From positions 50,594,001 to 50,658,000 of the forward strand of contig CM059432.1 in NCBI GenBank assembly GCA_030390025.1: 64,000 nt of DNA, read 5' to 3'. Made by a program: the position numbers and the translations under genes. Shown piece after piece: positions 35,320 to 48,224 of this stretch. The notes under the pieces are model-generated. The model was not told the origin of the DNA and did no database searches. It saw nothing but the letters and a program-made list of their open reading frames with translations. The DNA is from Squalus acanthias (taxonomy: Eukaryota). Numbering within the stretch: position 1 is the first letter of the stretch; each line of letters begins with the position of its first letter.

Positions 35320-36594
35320 TATGGTCACGTTAAACAGCAAAACTGCTCATCTTCCAGAAATCTACATAAGGTAACATTCAACTCAAAGACATTAGATTAC
35401 ATGGAAATTAAGTACTTTTATTTACAAAATGCATTTGTGTACCATCACCATCTACTAGTTGGCTTTTTGAACGTGCGCATTTATCTTCAATGAATAGCTA
35501 TACAAGCAAATCAAATCAATATATATATATCTATACACATACAGGTCCTATTGAAAGTAAAGACTAATCTTTTTGGTTATTCAGTGTCAACTGTACTAAT
35601 ATACTTACAGCAATATATATGTTATCAAGTAAACTAATTATACTGGCATTTTTAATGATAGATTTAATTGCTTGGATGCATCTTAACTGTAACATAAAAT
35701 TACTTATGTTTAACCAGATTTTCCAATGAAAGCAAAATGATTTTAGGCCTTTGTGAATTTGATTTTCCCCCATTTTAAATTAGACTTTAATTAGATTTTA
35801 AAAAAGACGCAAGTAGTTTAACAAAAAAAAACTACTGGTACAGTAAATCAAGTAATCAATCATCAACTATTTTAACTTCTCAAACATAAAATAAAGTCAT
35901 TCAAAATCTTGCAATGCAAGAGGATAGAAAAGTGCAAGGAAATGCTTCATTTAAATTTTCTTGGTAAGCTATCAAGCCAGTGTCATGTATTCTTCTATAC
36001 CACAGGTATTTGTGCTTTAAAAAAAAAAAGCTTGTTTCAATTATAAAATATAATTTCTGTAGTGTGTTAACCCAGATTTTCATCCACATAGCAAATTCCT
36101 GAGTTTGGCCAGTTTGTCTTGGGACAAGGCATACTGGGTGAACTTGGAAAGCTGCACTTTTTGTATTCTGGGCACTGATATCTACGTCATGCTCTACCTG
36201 TAACTCAGCAGAAGCTGCAGAAACCTCAGAAAAATGCCGAGGATTTCGGTGGCTCTTATGCTGAAGTTACGGTCAATGAGCTGGAGAACTACTTCAGAAA
36301 CTCATCCCATTTCTTTTTCTATTATACTAGAGGAAGTTTCTAGATTAAATGTGGATTTAGAATTTGTAATGGAAAAAGTTGGCAGGAAGTGCATACAGGC
36401 GTAAGATTTGTATTACGTTATACAGATATGGTTATATGGTTTTGTTTTCTTTTTTTACAGACATGCATTTATTTTTGGTTAGTTTTCTGCTGTTTTATAT
36501 ATTTTTGCTTTTGCAATGTTCCAAATTTATCTCTGTCATGTTTCAGTTGAATAACATCCAATCATATATTGTGCTACCATATGGTATGCTCAAA

Positions 36595-36900
36595 TCAACA
36601 ACATCTTGCAGTTATTCAACGCCTTTAATGTAGAAAAAATCCCAAGGCACTTCAGAGATATAATCGGGCAAAAATGGACAGAGACAAGAAACATATATTA
36701 GGAAGGGTGACCAAAAGCTTGGCCAAAGGGGCGGAAAGAAACATGGAGAGACATAGGGGTTTAAGAGAAGGAATTCCAGAGCACTGGGCCTAGACGGCTG
36801 GTGGCACGGCTGCCACCAGTGGGGCGAGAGGTGGGGGTGGGGGGATTGCACTAAAGGTCAAAGTCAGAGGAACGGAGAGTTCGTGGAGGGTGGGGGTGAG
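36595..36900 (-). mobile_element. L2 3' fragment
   Basis: Reverse complement of the tail at 33303-33450 (GTGACCAAAAGCTTGGCCAAA, GGAATTCCAGAGC). Confidence 0.65.
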
Positions 36901-37705
36901 TATGGCTGGAGGTTTCAGAGATGGACCATGAAATACCAGGGATGCAACAGGAAACATTATTTTTAATGTGTGCATATAAGTAGCCGCATTTCTGAAATTA
37001 TTCTGATGAGGTTGCTTTGTTACTTTTATTGGTTTTATTTTCACTGTTTAAATATCATATCTGAGAATTGTATAGGTTACTATTGCAGATGGGTAATAAC
37101 TTTATTTTAAATATCTATTATTTGTGTATTCTTTCTCATAAGCAGTTTGCAATGTGCCTTCATTTTACAGGGGATTTTTACTTTCCTTTTCCCTTCTTTT
37201 CTAAATATAAAAGATATCCCTTTTCAGACACCCCATTTCTCAGCAAATATGTGCTCTAAGAGTTGTATAACAGCATCTTTGGGCAACTATCCCTTTCTGT
37301 CTTTCGTATAGAAACTTTACAAAAGATGAACACTTTCAATATACCAGTACATTCACTGTTAGTTATATTAACCCTGTTTCTGTTGCAGTTTTAGTGTGTG
37401 TAGAAATTTCAATATTATAATTCGAGAACATACTTTTATTTAGGTCTACTGTATTTGTGATAGCAATATAAAGTTTCAAGCCTTGTGTTGTGACTATTTG
37501 AGATATGGGGTTGCTAAAATTTGTTTTACACGAGTTCTCTCGTGTCTGGAGCTATTCCTGTTCAAGTAATCAAGTTTTCAAAATCATTAAGGAACTTGGG
37601 GTCGTAAATTTTGAGGTAATCCCTTCACTGTAACCAAACTGAAATTTTCAAAATTATAATGGGAATTGGTAAAGTTGATTACTGCAAATTGTTCATTATC
37701 ACAAA

Positions 37706-38530
37706 GGGCTGGATTTTGCCAGCCCCGAGGAGGTGGGCATGGAGGCGGGACTGCTGGTAAGGTAGCAGAAAGTGGGGGCAGATGGCAAACCTGCCCCCAT
37801 CCCGCCTCCGTGCCCTTTTGCCAGGAGGCGGGAAGATGTGCTGCTTTGGGTCCCGTCTCCTGGAGGCGGGAAAGGCATTTAATCCTTTTAACTGCCTGTT
37901 AACAGGTAGTTAACAGGCAGAAAAAAGGATTAGTGCCATTTTACCTTCACAGGTGAAGACTTCCCGACCTCGGAGAACCCCGCCGGGTTGGAGGAGACGT
38001 GAAGGAGGTCTGCGGCGGTCAGAGGCACCTGGAAGTAAGATGTAGAGGTGAGTGATGGGTGCAAGTGTGGAGTGGTAAGTATGTAAGGGGAGTGATAAGT
38101 TTTTTAAAATGTTCACTTGTTTTCTTCCTACAGCCTTCAGCCGCGCTGGATCGGGAGAGCCAACATCCTCCTCATCAATTTCACAGACTGGCTGTTGGAA
38201 CCTCTGAACCAACAGCCATGTGAAATTTACAAAGTTGAAAGGTTTGATGAGTCCTGAACACAAGGACTCATCAAACTAAAGAGAATGTCAGTGTTTTGAC
38301 AGCTTCACAGAGCTGTCAAATGCTGACATTTCTTCTTTCAAGAAGTCGTGACAGATAGCACATCTGACGTTGATGTGCTCTGTCAGTGACTTCCTCCCTA
38401 ATTGGCCTGCTGAGCCCGCAGGGTCAATCAGGGGAAAATCAGGGTTGGTTAGGCGAGGATGGAGGCGGGACATTGACACGACAAGCAGCAGTCCCGCCTC
38501 CAACTTGTCTCCATTCACAAAATCCAGCCC
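37706..38530. mobile_element. Harbinger-type MITE, 825 bp, same family as 18114-18947
   Basis: TIRs GGGCTGGATTTTG and CAAAATCCAGCCC, TSD AAA/AAA. Colinear similarity with 18114-18947, including AGAGAATGTCAGTGTTT(T)GACAGCTTCACAGAGCTG. Confidence 0.9.
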
Positions 38531-39715
38531 AAAGGGTTCAAATACCAGGGAATATAAATTAAAGATTAGGGAGTCAGGAATAAAAAGGGAAGTCAGGCAG
38601 AAAAAAAGACTTGTGGAATAAATTACCAGGGAAGGCCATTGAAGTGGACTGTGTAAATAGATTCAAGAGACACTATCTGGAGACAGAAAGGTTGCTGTCA
38701 TATTCATTTAGCTATGTTTGATTATTTGTTACTTGCATGCTATATTTTTTATTGAGTGTGCTTTACTAGTTTTTGAGCTGTGGCAAGTTGTGTGGTCATC
38801 AATCTCTTGTGTTGTTTGAAGTATCTGGTGTAAAATCCATTCAGTAGCAAATCAATATCTAACGTGAAATCAACTAAAGGATCTTTAGTCCTGAGTGACA
38901 AGATATTTTGTGCTGTGCTGTTTGCTCCCAGAGTGTTCCATTTTACCTTTCCCCTTTAATTTTCTTCCCTCTTCTGAATAAGTGAGGGTCGGATTCCACT
39001 TCTGTCGTATTTTTATTAGTTATTGTGGCTAATGTTCCAGCACTGCAAGCTGCAGCAGTAACTGAAATTTTAAATTTAGTGCATTCAAAGCTGAGAGCAA
39101 GTGTGTCTGGTACGTGGGACTCTAATTACATAACAGCTGCTTTGTTACAAAAATAACTCATTAGGAATGAATCAGATTAGTCTAGTTGCACACCTGTGTA
39201 TTTAAAAACAGAACAGATGCCAAGGAATATCTGAACGCCAAACATATTCATCTCAAATCAACCATCAAATCTCAGTTGTAATTTTTTTTTAAATGTTTAT
39301 GCAGTGTGTGATTGGTCTCTTGAAAATATCAGGCTTTCAGCAGCTCTTTGCTCAAGATGTTCTCTATAGCTATATACTGAACGGAATGTTTCAGCCCCTG
39401 GAATCATTTCACTTTTGACGTACATCCAATATTATGGAATTTGAATGTTGATATTATTTTCCAAACTTTGTCTGACTTCAACTGCATAGATATTTAGTGT
39501 ACACTAATACATGAAAAATGGATGATTTGCTATCACTGATATAAAAAAAATTCCATGTGAATATCAGAGCTTACCACACTGCAGAATTGAACCTCAGATA
39601 CCCCATAAACCATACAGTACATAACATTTTGTAGGACTATTTACCATCACACATACAAATACAAATTCATCTTCGTGTCCCTTAGTATAATCATCCCTAG
39701 TTCTTATGGGCGGTT

Positions 39716-39780
39716 CTACGATGCCCATGCTGTTAAATGCTTCATACCTTCATCTTCCTCTGCTTTCTTCTTAGTTTTAA
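39716..39780 (-). CDS. CHMP4C: CHMP4C exon 5 (last coding exon)
   Basis: ctttctag acceptor. (V)KTKKKAEEDEGMKHLTAWAS-TAG, containing the MxxLxxW ALIX/Bro1-binding helix. Phase 1 matches exon 4. Confidence 0.9.
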
Positions 39781-41184
39781 CTAGAAAGGAGAAAGTTATA
39801 CAAATATTTCAGTATGCTTGATAAATTGACTGTTTTCTTCACACGGAAAGAGTACAATTCCTTAATAAAGGAACACCACGGCTGAATGAGAGTGTCCCAT
39901 TATAGATAACTGACCCCAGACTTTTCACCAAATACAAGCCGACAACAGGAGGGTCAATGGTATTCTGTGACCAGAATTCCTGCAGAATCTGCATCAGATG
40001 GCTATTTCTATTATAGCCACTGAAGCCAAAAATAGATACTGTGATTCTGATGATCAGCCTACAATACTTGCATTCACACAACGCACAAGATTTACAAAAT
40101 GGTCATATATATCTGATCATTGAAACACCGTCAGACCAGAGATCTGCATTAGATTCCAATACATGATGGGAAGAATAAAACATCCAATGTTAAAGCACAA
40201 CTATTTGTGCTCATAAATATTTCATGAAACCAACACCCTTGGGAATGGGTTGGCACAGTGGATTTGAACATTCTACTCTCACCAAGCTCAAACGCAACCC
40301 ACTATGGGATGAAAACTTCCTTGCACTCCAGTGTCAGTGAGGGTCTACATGAAATGAGTTTGATTAGTTGCAATCCAGATCCCAGTGGGTGTGAGTCCAT
40401 AAAAACACAACTAGTGGAAAAATCAATATAAAATTACATTCAATTGGTAACCTCCTTTAGAAGAACCAGGAGGATGACTAGTGAGAAGACAAAACTACAT
40501 CCAATATTTAAGAGGATGATAAGAGAGCATATCCTCGATTCCCAGCGATTACACATATTACTGAAGATGGGAGAAGAAAGTATTTTTGAAAATTCTTCCT
40601 GAAAATTTCAAAATAACGTATGGAATAACACCAGTCAAAACCAGCTAGTGGTATAAGGAACATACCTTAGTAGTTTACCAGAGAGCTTTTGTGAATGACA
40701 ATGTCAGACTAGCCTGGCAATTTCACCTAGCACTGCATTATATTTGACAGGAGTATTAATTCTCCATATATTACAACCCTCTGAAAGACATTAAGATAGT
40801 TAAGATACTTTCATCCTTTTTTTGTATCTTTCCTGACCCACACAATTCTCTAGCTGAGAGGGTGGATTGGCATCCAGCTCGCATGCTTCTTAATGTTAAA
40901 CTGTCTATAATGTTGAAAGTTTATAACTATATCTAATTGTTATGTGATATGGATAACAAATGTAAATAGTATAATTCATGAAATTGTTGCTTCCTGAATG
41001 TTAATATACAAAAGTGCTTTTTGTTAAACACATAGTAAGAGACACTGGTTTTAGTGATAAGAAAAACTTGCATAATTTACTTCATTTTTTTCCAAATGAA
41101 TTTTCACTAATCCTGTGGTACATTAGTGTCCAAGAACATCCTGTATACTTTATTAATTCCAACAGCCAATTCCGGTTAGCTCAC

Positions 41185-41290
41185 CTTGTCTGGATGGGAG
41201 GGAAGTGGTTGGAACTTTTGGCAGTCCTTTAGTCATTTTCTTATTTAATTCTTCTTGTTCCAGCTCCTCTAATTCTGCCAGCAATTCATC
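41185..41290 (-). CDS. CHMP4C: CHMP4C exon 4
   Basis: ttccag acceptor, gtgag donor. DELLAELEELEQEELNKKMTKGLPKVPTTSLPSRQ: EELNKKMT is CHMP4C-like and LPKVPTTSLP is a MIM2 motif. Confidence 0.93.
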
Positions 41291-41942
41291 CTGGAAACAA
41301 TGTGCATCAATCAATTCATGACGCATGGAAGAACTGAGATTTACCCACAGCAACTAAAACTTTTTAATTGATAAAAGATGGAAAGGTAAAACACTCACAA
41401 CTGAAAGAAGTTCAAGAAATAAATGAAATGATTTGTAACATCACAATCATTTGTATTTAAAGGGCTTTACCTATAGTTGTAATGGATTACAAATTTTAAT
41501 AAAAACAAAGATTAATTGATCTAACCAATTAAGCTAGTCATATATGAAGTGCAAATTAGATTAAATAATTCATATCCTCCCTTATATTGGTCTCTGGCCA
41601 ACTTCCCTACCAACAGCAAACCCAGAGAAATCTATCTTGCTAACTGCCGCCCAGTCTCCATTCCTCATTGGGAACTCCTGCAGCAGTAGAGCTGGAAGGA
41701 TAGGATTTTCCAACTTTGCACTGCAGATATTGAGAAATTTAGCACCCTACTCGCGTCCTCAAATTCAGCTTCATCAGCAAGGAACCTTGATGGGAAAGGG
41801 AGACAGGCTTTTTCTAAGTCACATTCTTCTTGTTTATAGTGCAGCTATCAACAAAAAGCACTGCAGTTTCTAATTACAATGTCATGTTCATAGAGTGATT
41901 TCATTTTACAAGATCTGTAACAGTACACATGGTGATTACATT

Positions 41943-42697
41943 GGGCCAGAAATTCGGCTCTTGTCGGGTGAGTACGCGCTGTGTACTCACCCATAAGGCC
42001 ACCTGAAGTGCCAGTTTCACGCATGCACTGCGCATGCGCGGAAAACCGGAACTTCCGTTCCCCTGAAGGAAGGGGTTCAGAAGTCGAACGCGTGCGCCGG
42101 AGAGGCTGCGCGCACGCAGCGAACTTCGTTTTTTTTTCAGGTTTCTCCATGAGGGTAAGTATGGAGAAGCTGCACATTTAAAAAGGAGGCGCAAGGCCTC
42201 TTTTTAACAAGGTAATTAATTACAATTTAAACATTTTTTCAACAGGTTTATCTTTTTTACATACTTTAAAGAAAGGTAAGTTTATTTTTAGCACCGTTAA
42301 AAAGTTTAATTAATTTTTTCAAAAATTTAAATTTTTGTTTAAAGTAGTTAATTTATGTAATTTATAGTTATTTTAAAAATGTGATTTAAAAAAAAAATGT
42401 ATTTGAAGTTTTAGTCTGGTTTTGGGGCCGATCTCTATTCATAGATTTGACAGGTGTTCCTGTCAAATCTATGAATGAAAATGCCCTGCTAGGATTGGCT
42501 CTCCATGGCCCACGTGATCCCAGGGGACGCTTCGAACTAACTGCGCCGCTGGGATACACAAGCACTGCGCGCCGGAAGCTGGAGGAGGCCCAGGACCCGA
42601 ATTCCTCGTGGGCCCGAAGCACAACGGCAGGCGCGGTAGGTAAGTACGCGCGCAATGCTTGCACCCGCAGGAAGCCGGAGAGCCGAATTTCTGGCCC
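41943..42697. mobile_element. Young Harbinger-type MITE, 755 bp, in CHMP4C intron 3
   Basis: Perfect 19-bp TIRs GGGCCAGAAATTCGGCTCT and AGAGCCGAATTTCTGGCCC; flanks ATT/AAT. CpG-rich arms around an AT-rich centre. Confidence 0.88.
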
Positions 42698-43339
42698 AAT
42701 ATGTCTGTTCAAAATGGAAAAGTTATAACATGGCTTGATATATTTTCAGCAATGTTTTCACCTCCATAACTTATGACAAGTAAGGTGACATTCATTATTT
42801 GATAGTACTGTAGTTCCCATTTCAGAAACATATCTGCATTCTACAAGGACAATTTTTCTACAGAAACTCTAATACAGTAATGTGGTCATTTTAATACCTA
42901 TATATATTCATCCTTAAAATGAATGTTGTTTAAATTGCACTTGTACATAGGTAAACCCCATTATGCCAACATTGATTTAGCCATTATTTTCCCAGACTAG
43001 ACTCCAGCCGTTGTATTTTTTTTGTTGTTGCTTTAACTACTTCCGTCTTTGTTTTCTTGCCTGATCTTTCTCTCGCTTTGTCTGAATTCCTGATTTCAAT
43101 CTTTTGATCTCTATGCCCTACTGATCTGTACCTGGTTTTCCTTTTTTAAACTGATTTTTTGCTCTCTATAGAGAGGCAGCAAAGCTGCAAACCTGCATCA
43201 AGCCCAATTTACTGTCTGCCAGTGTGTTTGTAATAATCAGAGTTATAGGGATGGGGGCAGATTAAGAGTCTAAAAGCAATCCATAACTGAGCAATGAAGG
43301 TGGCATATCACCTCCTACGCTTTATCTGCTCAACCTATC

Positions 43340-44000
43340 TATTTCCATTACAACAGTGACTACACTTCAAAAGTACTTCATTGGCTGTAAAGCGTTTTGG
43401 GACATCCTGAGGTCATGAAAGGCGCTATATAAATGCAAGTCTTTCTTTCTGCCCAATGCCTGTGGACTCCAAACAATGAAAGAAAGGTTTTTGACACATC
43501 CTATTACTGCTGATAGAGGAAATAGGACAGAACCCACCCCAGTGCCTTTGCAACACTGGCTGTGGGTCTGCAGTAGGTGGCAGACATTAACAACATTCAA
43601 TCACAGAGAAGCTTTTGGTGCAGCGGTCAACTGAGATCCACTGAAATTCACAGAACTTAACAACAACAACTTGTATTTATATAGCAGCTTTAATGTAGTA
43701 ACACATCCAAGGTGCTTCAAAGGAGCATTAGAAAACAAAATTTGACACCAAGCCACATAAGGAGATATATGGGCAGATGACCAAAAGCTTGGTCAAAGAG
43801 GTAGGAGCAGGAGTAGCCCATACAGCCACTCGAGCCTGCTCCGCCATTCAGTAAGATCATGGCTAATCTTCTACCTCAACTCCACTTTCACACCCTATCC
43901 CCATATCCCTTGATTCCCTTACTGACTATCGATCTCATTCTTGAATATACTCAACAACTGAGCATATATAGCCCTCTGGGGTAGAGAACTGACTCAGAAA
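43340..44000. mobile_element. Cluster of SINE/L2 tails and a CR1 3' fragment
   Basis: SINE tail on + (43340-43450), L2 tail on - (~43655-43805), CR1 3' end on - (~43805-44000). Confidence 0.7.
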
Positions 44001-44688
44001 TTCCAGAATATCCAATATTGAAAATGATGTGAAAATATAACCTGGGCCATAGTAGCAAGCTCCCTGTGTGACCAACAAAGGTCTCATGGATTGAAAAATG
44101 ACATTTTCTGATTGGTGAAAAAGGACAGCGGAAAGACTGTGGTGAAAAGACACTTTTCAATCCCTGTAATCAAAAATTCCATCCACCAAAAAGTCCTGAG
44201 CAGCAGGACAGAAACTCATAAGCCCAACTGAGCTTATAGGTAGCAAATCTATAGCTTTGACCGAAGGGGAAAATAAACAACATCTAAAGTACTAAAAGAA
44301 TGGGAAATGGGTAACAAAGCCTAAGTAGGTCCTCAATGTTACTAGCAGTATACAACTTTTTACACACAGCCCACAGGCTCCATGATAAGCAATTATGTAG
44401 CCCAAGAATAGAAAAAGTTTGAATTTCACGAGACAGTCAGCCATGTTGTCATCACTGGAACAAATAGCTGATGTCTAGAAATAAACAGTAGCAAACAGGA
44501 AGAGACCACCTCAACCAACAAATCAATAGACTTAAGGTAATCTTACCTTTACTGTTTCTGATTAGAGGGCTATTAATAAAATGTATATATTCCATAGATT
44601 TTAAAAATCCCTTTCAGTATAGTTTCTCCCCTTCACAAATCAGCTCCAGATTTGTCATCTATATTTGATAAGATAGTTTGTTATGTAC

Positions 44689-44803
44689 CTCATCAAATTC
44701 TGAACCAAATGCAGCTGGTCGGGAAATTGCATCAGAGATTTCTTGTGCTATTTCCTGCTGTTCTGTGATATCTTGCATCATCTCATCAATTTTATCTAAA
44801 TCC
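44689..44803 (-). CDS. CHMP4C: CHMP4C exon 3 (not in ORF track)
   Basis: ttttcag acceptor, gtacat donor, 115 bp. DLDKIDEMMQDITEQQEIAQEISDAISRPAAFGSEFDE. Confidence 0.95.
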
Positions 44804-45488
44804 CTGAAAAAGAAACATCAATTAATACCTCCAAAATGTTAGATTCAGTTTTACCAACTTCTTTTTCTTTCAGACACTGACCTCTACAATTACAGGTTTT
44901 TGTGGGGTTTCATTTTATTCACAAGACACATTTAAAATTAAAAACTTTAATTTTTTTATTTAATTTTGATCTTTAATAAACTAACCTGGTATATGACCTG
45001 CTTTAAGTTTATTAAAATCAGTAGGATGGTCATTTTATAGAGTTATACTTGATTTGACTAAATTTCTAGACCCCACCCATTTTAAACATTTCAAGGTTGA
45101 CTATGATGAATCGCAAATACATTTAAGTTTTTTTAGTAAAATAAATAAATAGAAACTAAAACAGACTAATGGTGGCAGTAACGCAATGGCCTGAAATACA
45201 GAAATGCCCTAGATTTCATCCCTATTTTGTACTGATTAAACCAATATTGGCTGGTGTGGCAATGGAGTACTACAATTGACTGTGCCCCAGGGTTTGGGGA
45301 GGATAAGAGAAAGAAGCCAGGAATTCTGCTCCTAACCACTATCTAGTAATGCCTTATAGAAGTGCGTGTGTGGTATTTGAGCTAGGATGGAATCTGTCAG
45401 TTATTTAGGCCCATGGTTGAATAGCTCACCAAGAAGCATTATACCAACTCATACAAAATGACATGCACTTCCAAAAGGAAGAAGCATG

Positions 45489-46156
45489 GACCTAGAAATT
45501 CGATGGCACCACGCCCATTTTTCGGACACTAAATGGGTACTTAAGCCTCCAATATGGTGGTCAGGAAGCACGCGCGCATTACAAGACGGAAATGCGTCGT
45601 CCGCCATATTGGTATAGGCAAAAAACATCAGCGTTCAGGGCCAGTGCCTGAAAGGTGTTAGGCCCTTTGCACATGCAAATAAAACTCCGTGTGCAAAATT
45701 GGGCTGATCTGAACGCAGCCAGCACCAGGAACACCAGGTCTACATACGGCCTAACAGGTGGTCCTTAAAGCAACTGCTGCAGGCTGCCAACTAACAGGTA
45801 AGTTTGTAAAAAAATACTTACCTGAATGTGGAGTTGGGAGGAGCACACCCAACATTAAAACCAGGGGTCACTGCCAGCCACCGCTCGCCCCATCTCCCAA
45901 CCACCACCCCATCGGCCGATCAACCCGCTCCCAGTTCATTCACACTCTTCACCCAATGTCAACGCAGCGACCCGAAATTCATAACCTCTTCACCAACAAG
46001 CTGTCTAGGGGTGACCAGCAGGTGCCTGCAGCTTGCCGGTCTTATTTAAATGAGGCTCAAGGCCCAATATAGGGTGTGCCTCGAGCCTACCATTCAGGTG
46101 CAGGGATCACTTCCTGTGTCCAGTTTGGCAGGCCGGCGCGAACGAACGTCTAGGCC
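45489..46156. mobile_element. Harbinger-type MITE, diverged
   Basis: Ends GACCTAGAAATTC and GAACGTCTAGGCC, flanks ATG/GTG, CpG-rich ends. Confidence 0.55.
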
Positions 46157-46377
46157 GTGATGTTCTCACCCACTACATTATCTCTAGGACATTACAACAG
46201 GATTGTGTTTCAGGATCATCAACCCAAAGGAGTTGCAGTAAAATCTGTCTTGGATGTGTGCTACATAACTATATTGTAATTTCAGAATTCAGATATATCC
46301 ACAAGAACAACAATTCACAATTGGCACTAAAAAAAAAGTTGAATGCAAATTGAACCCAAAGTAATATCAATTATAAT

Positions 46378-47122
46378 GGGCCAGATGTTGCGGGAGCGGG
46401 GCATCTCGCGGCGGGCGGGCCCCTTTAGTTAGACTTGTTCGTGCACTTTTAGGTTTTAACATTTTTTGCCCACAAAGTTGCTGGACTTGCGAGCAGATAA
46501 CTGTGCAATGCGGGCAACAGGGCATCTGGGACCTTGGTAAACAACAGGACAAAGGGTGTATCTCCTTAACCAATGAGATTTAAGGATTGAGTAATAAACA
46601 GAGGAAGGACTGAGATGGAGAGTGAATTAAAGTCAAATCGGGTACAGAAAGAGAAATAAAGAGAGGGAAAGAAAGATTGGATTAAGAGGGAAAGAAAAGA
46701 GACCGAAAGGAAAAGAAAAAATAATTGACATTCTTAAAATCTCTTAAAACAATTCACAACTGAAGGAACGAGACTCCACACTTACAATTGTTTACTTTCT
46801 GGGCAAGAGAGGTTGATTGGCAGTCATTAACAATTATCACATTGTTAAAAGGGTACTTACACTGATAATTACAAGACACAAGACTTAACTTTCTGTGGCG
46901 AGTTTAATGGGCAAATGCAACAACTTCATGAAAATCAAGGGAAGGTTAAGCGGGAGATGCCAGTTCCGCAAAGCTAACGGCGGAGCGGCACAAATCGGCC
47001 AGCAACTTGTGACGATTCGCAATTCATGAGGTATCTCTTCCTCGCTACAAGTTGCTGGCCAATTTGCGCAATAATGGCGTGCGTCGTTCAGACGCTGTTA
47101 TTTTTTCAGCAAAATCCAGCCC
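46378..47122. mobile_element. Harbinger-type MITE, 745 bp, in CHMP4C intron 2
   Basis: Ends GGGCCAGATGTTGC and GCAAAATCCAGCCC, TSD AAT/AAT. Confidence 0.8.
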
Positions 47123-47179
47123 AATGAGCATTCATTTGGAAATAAACTCATGAGTACTTGGCAAAAATGAACCACTTAC

Positions 47180-47357
47180 ATGTGCTCATGAGCAGCTTTT
47201 ATGGCCTTTGCAGCATAGCCCATAGATTTCAATACTTCAGTATTTGTGTTTGCATTTTCCAACGCTTCTCGTTGGAATTCAATGGTAGAGAGTGTACCAT
47301 CAATCTGTGCTAACTGTTTTTCAAATCTCTTCTTTCGTTTGAGTGCTTGTAGGGCAG
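47180..47357 (-). CDS. CHMP4C: CHMP4C exon 2 (Snf7 domain)
   Basis: ccccag acceptor, gtaagt donor, 178 bp. ALQALKRKKRFEKQLAQIDGTLSTIEFQREALENANTNTEVLKSMGYAAKAIKAAHEHM. The CHMP4 family call is secure; paralog C is chosen from RFEKQL, EELNKKMT and SNX16 adjacency. Confidence 0.95.
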
Positions 47358-47694
47358 CTGGGGAAAGAAACAACATAACTATGAATGCAATCAATTCAAT
47401 GAGTATAACTTTAGTACCAGATTTTCAGAAAGGATTTTTAGAACATCCATCACATAATGATCATCAAGGGAAACTACAAAAATAGAAATACCCAATGTAA
47501 CATGCAAGTAGAGAACAAGAAACAACTTCAACTGAACAAGCAGATGGATATTTATGAGTGGTCAGGTCTACTTAGATGGTAAAGAGCAAAACACTGCAAT
47601 TATGAGAAATCCGAAACAAGAGCTTGAGGAACAGCACTTTATCTTTTTATTAGGCACTTTGCAACTACTGGCTTTAATATTGATTTTAATAACT

Positions 47695-47938
47695 TCAAAC
47701 TTCTTTACCCAGAGTGGTGAGAATGTGGAACTTGCTACCACAGGGAGTAGTTGAAGCAAATAATATAGATGCATTTAAGGGAAAGCTAGATAAGCACATG
47801 AGGGAGAAGGGAATTGAGTGTCATATGCTGATAGAGTTAAATGAGGAAGGATGGGAGTAGGCTGGAGTGGAGCATAAACACTGACATAAACTGGTTGGGC
47901 CGAATGGCCTGTTTCTGTGCTGTATATTCTATGTAATA
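47695..47938 (+). mobile_element. CR1 3' end fragment
   Basis: TTCTTTACCCAGAGTGGTGAGAATGTGGAAC...GGGCCGAATGGCCTGTTTCTGTGCTGTATATTCTATGTAA. Confidence 0.8.
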
Positions 47939-48224
47939 CCTTAACTTTAGCTCCCACTTTCTTTACAATAGGAGATGCCGGCAATGTGGGATGGGTATAC
48001 GGCATTCCTTGGGGAGGGGAGGGGGGTTGGGGAACAGGTTGCCACTTGGGTGGGGAGTGGGGACCCTCATTAGAACACTGTGCTGACAGGGCAAAATAGC
48101 CAAGACCAATGCCTGAGATCAGAGTGCTTGGATTGTTGGACCACTCAACAAAGGGTAGGCTGAAGAAGAGGATTGGTAGCACATCTGTTCTATCTCCACC
48201 CACATCTAGCTCTTTACAAGTGGT

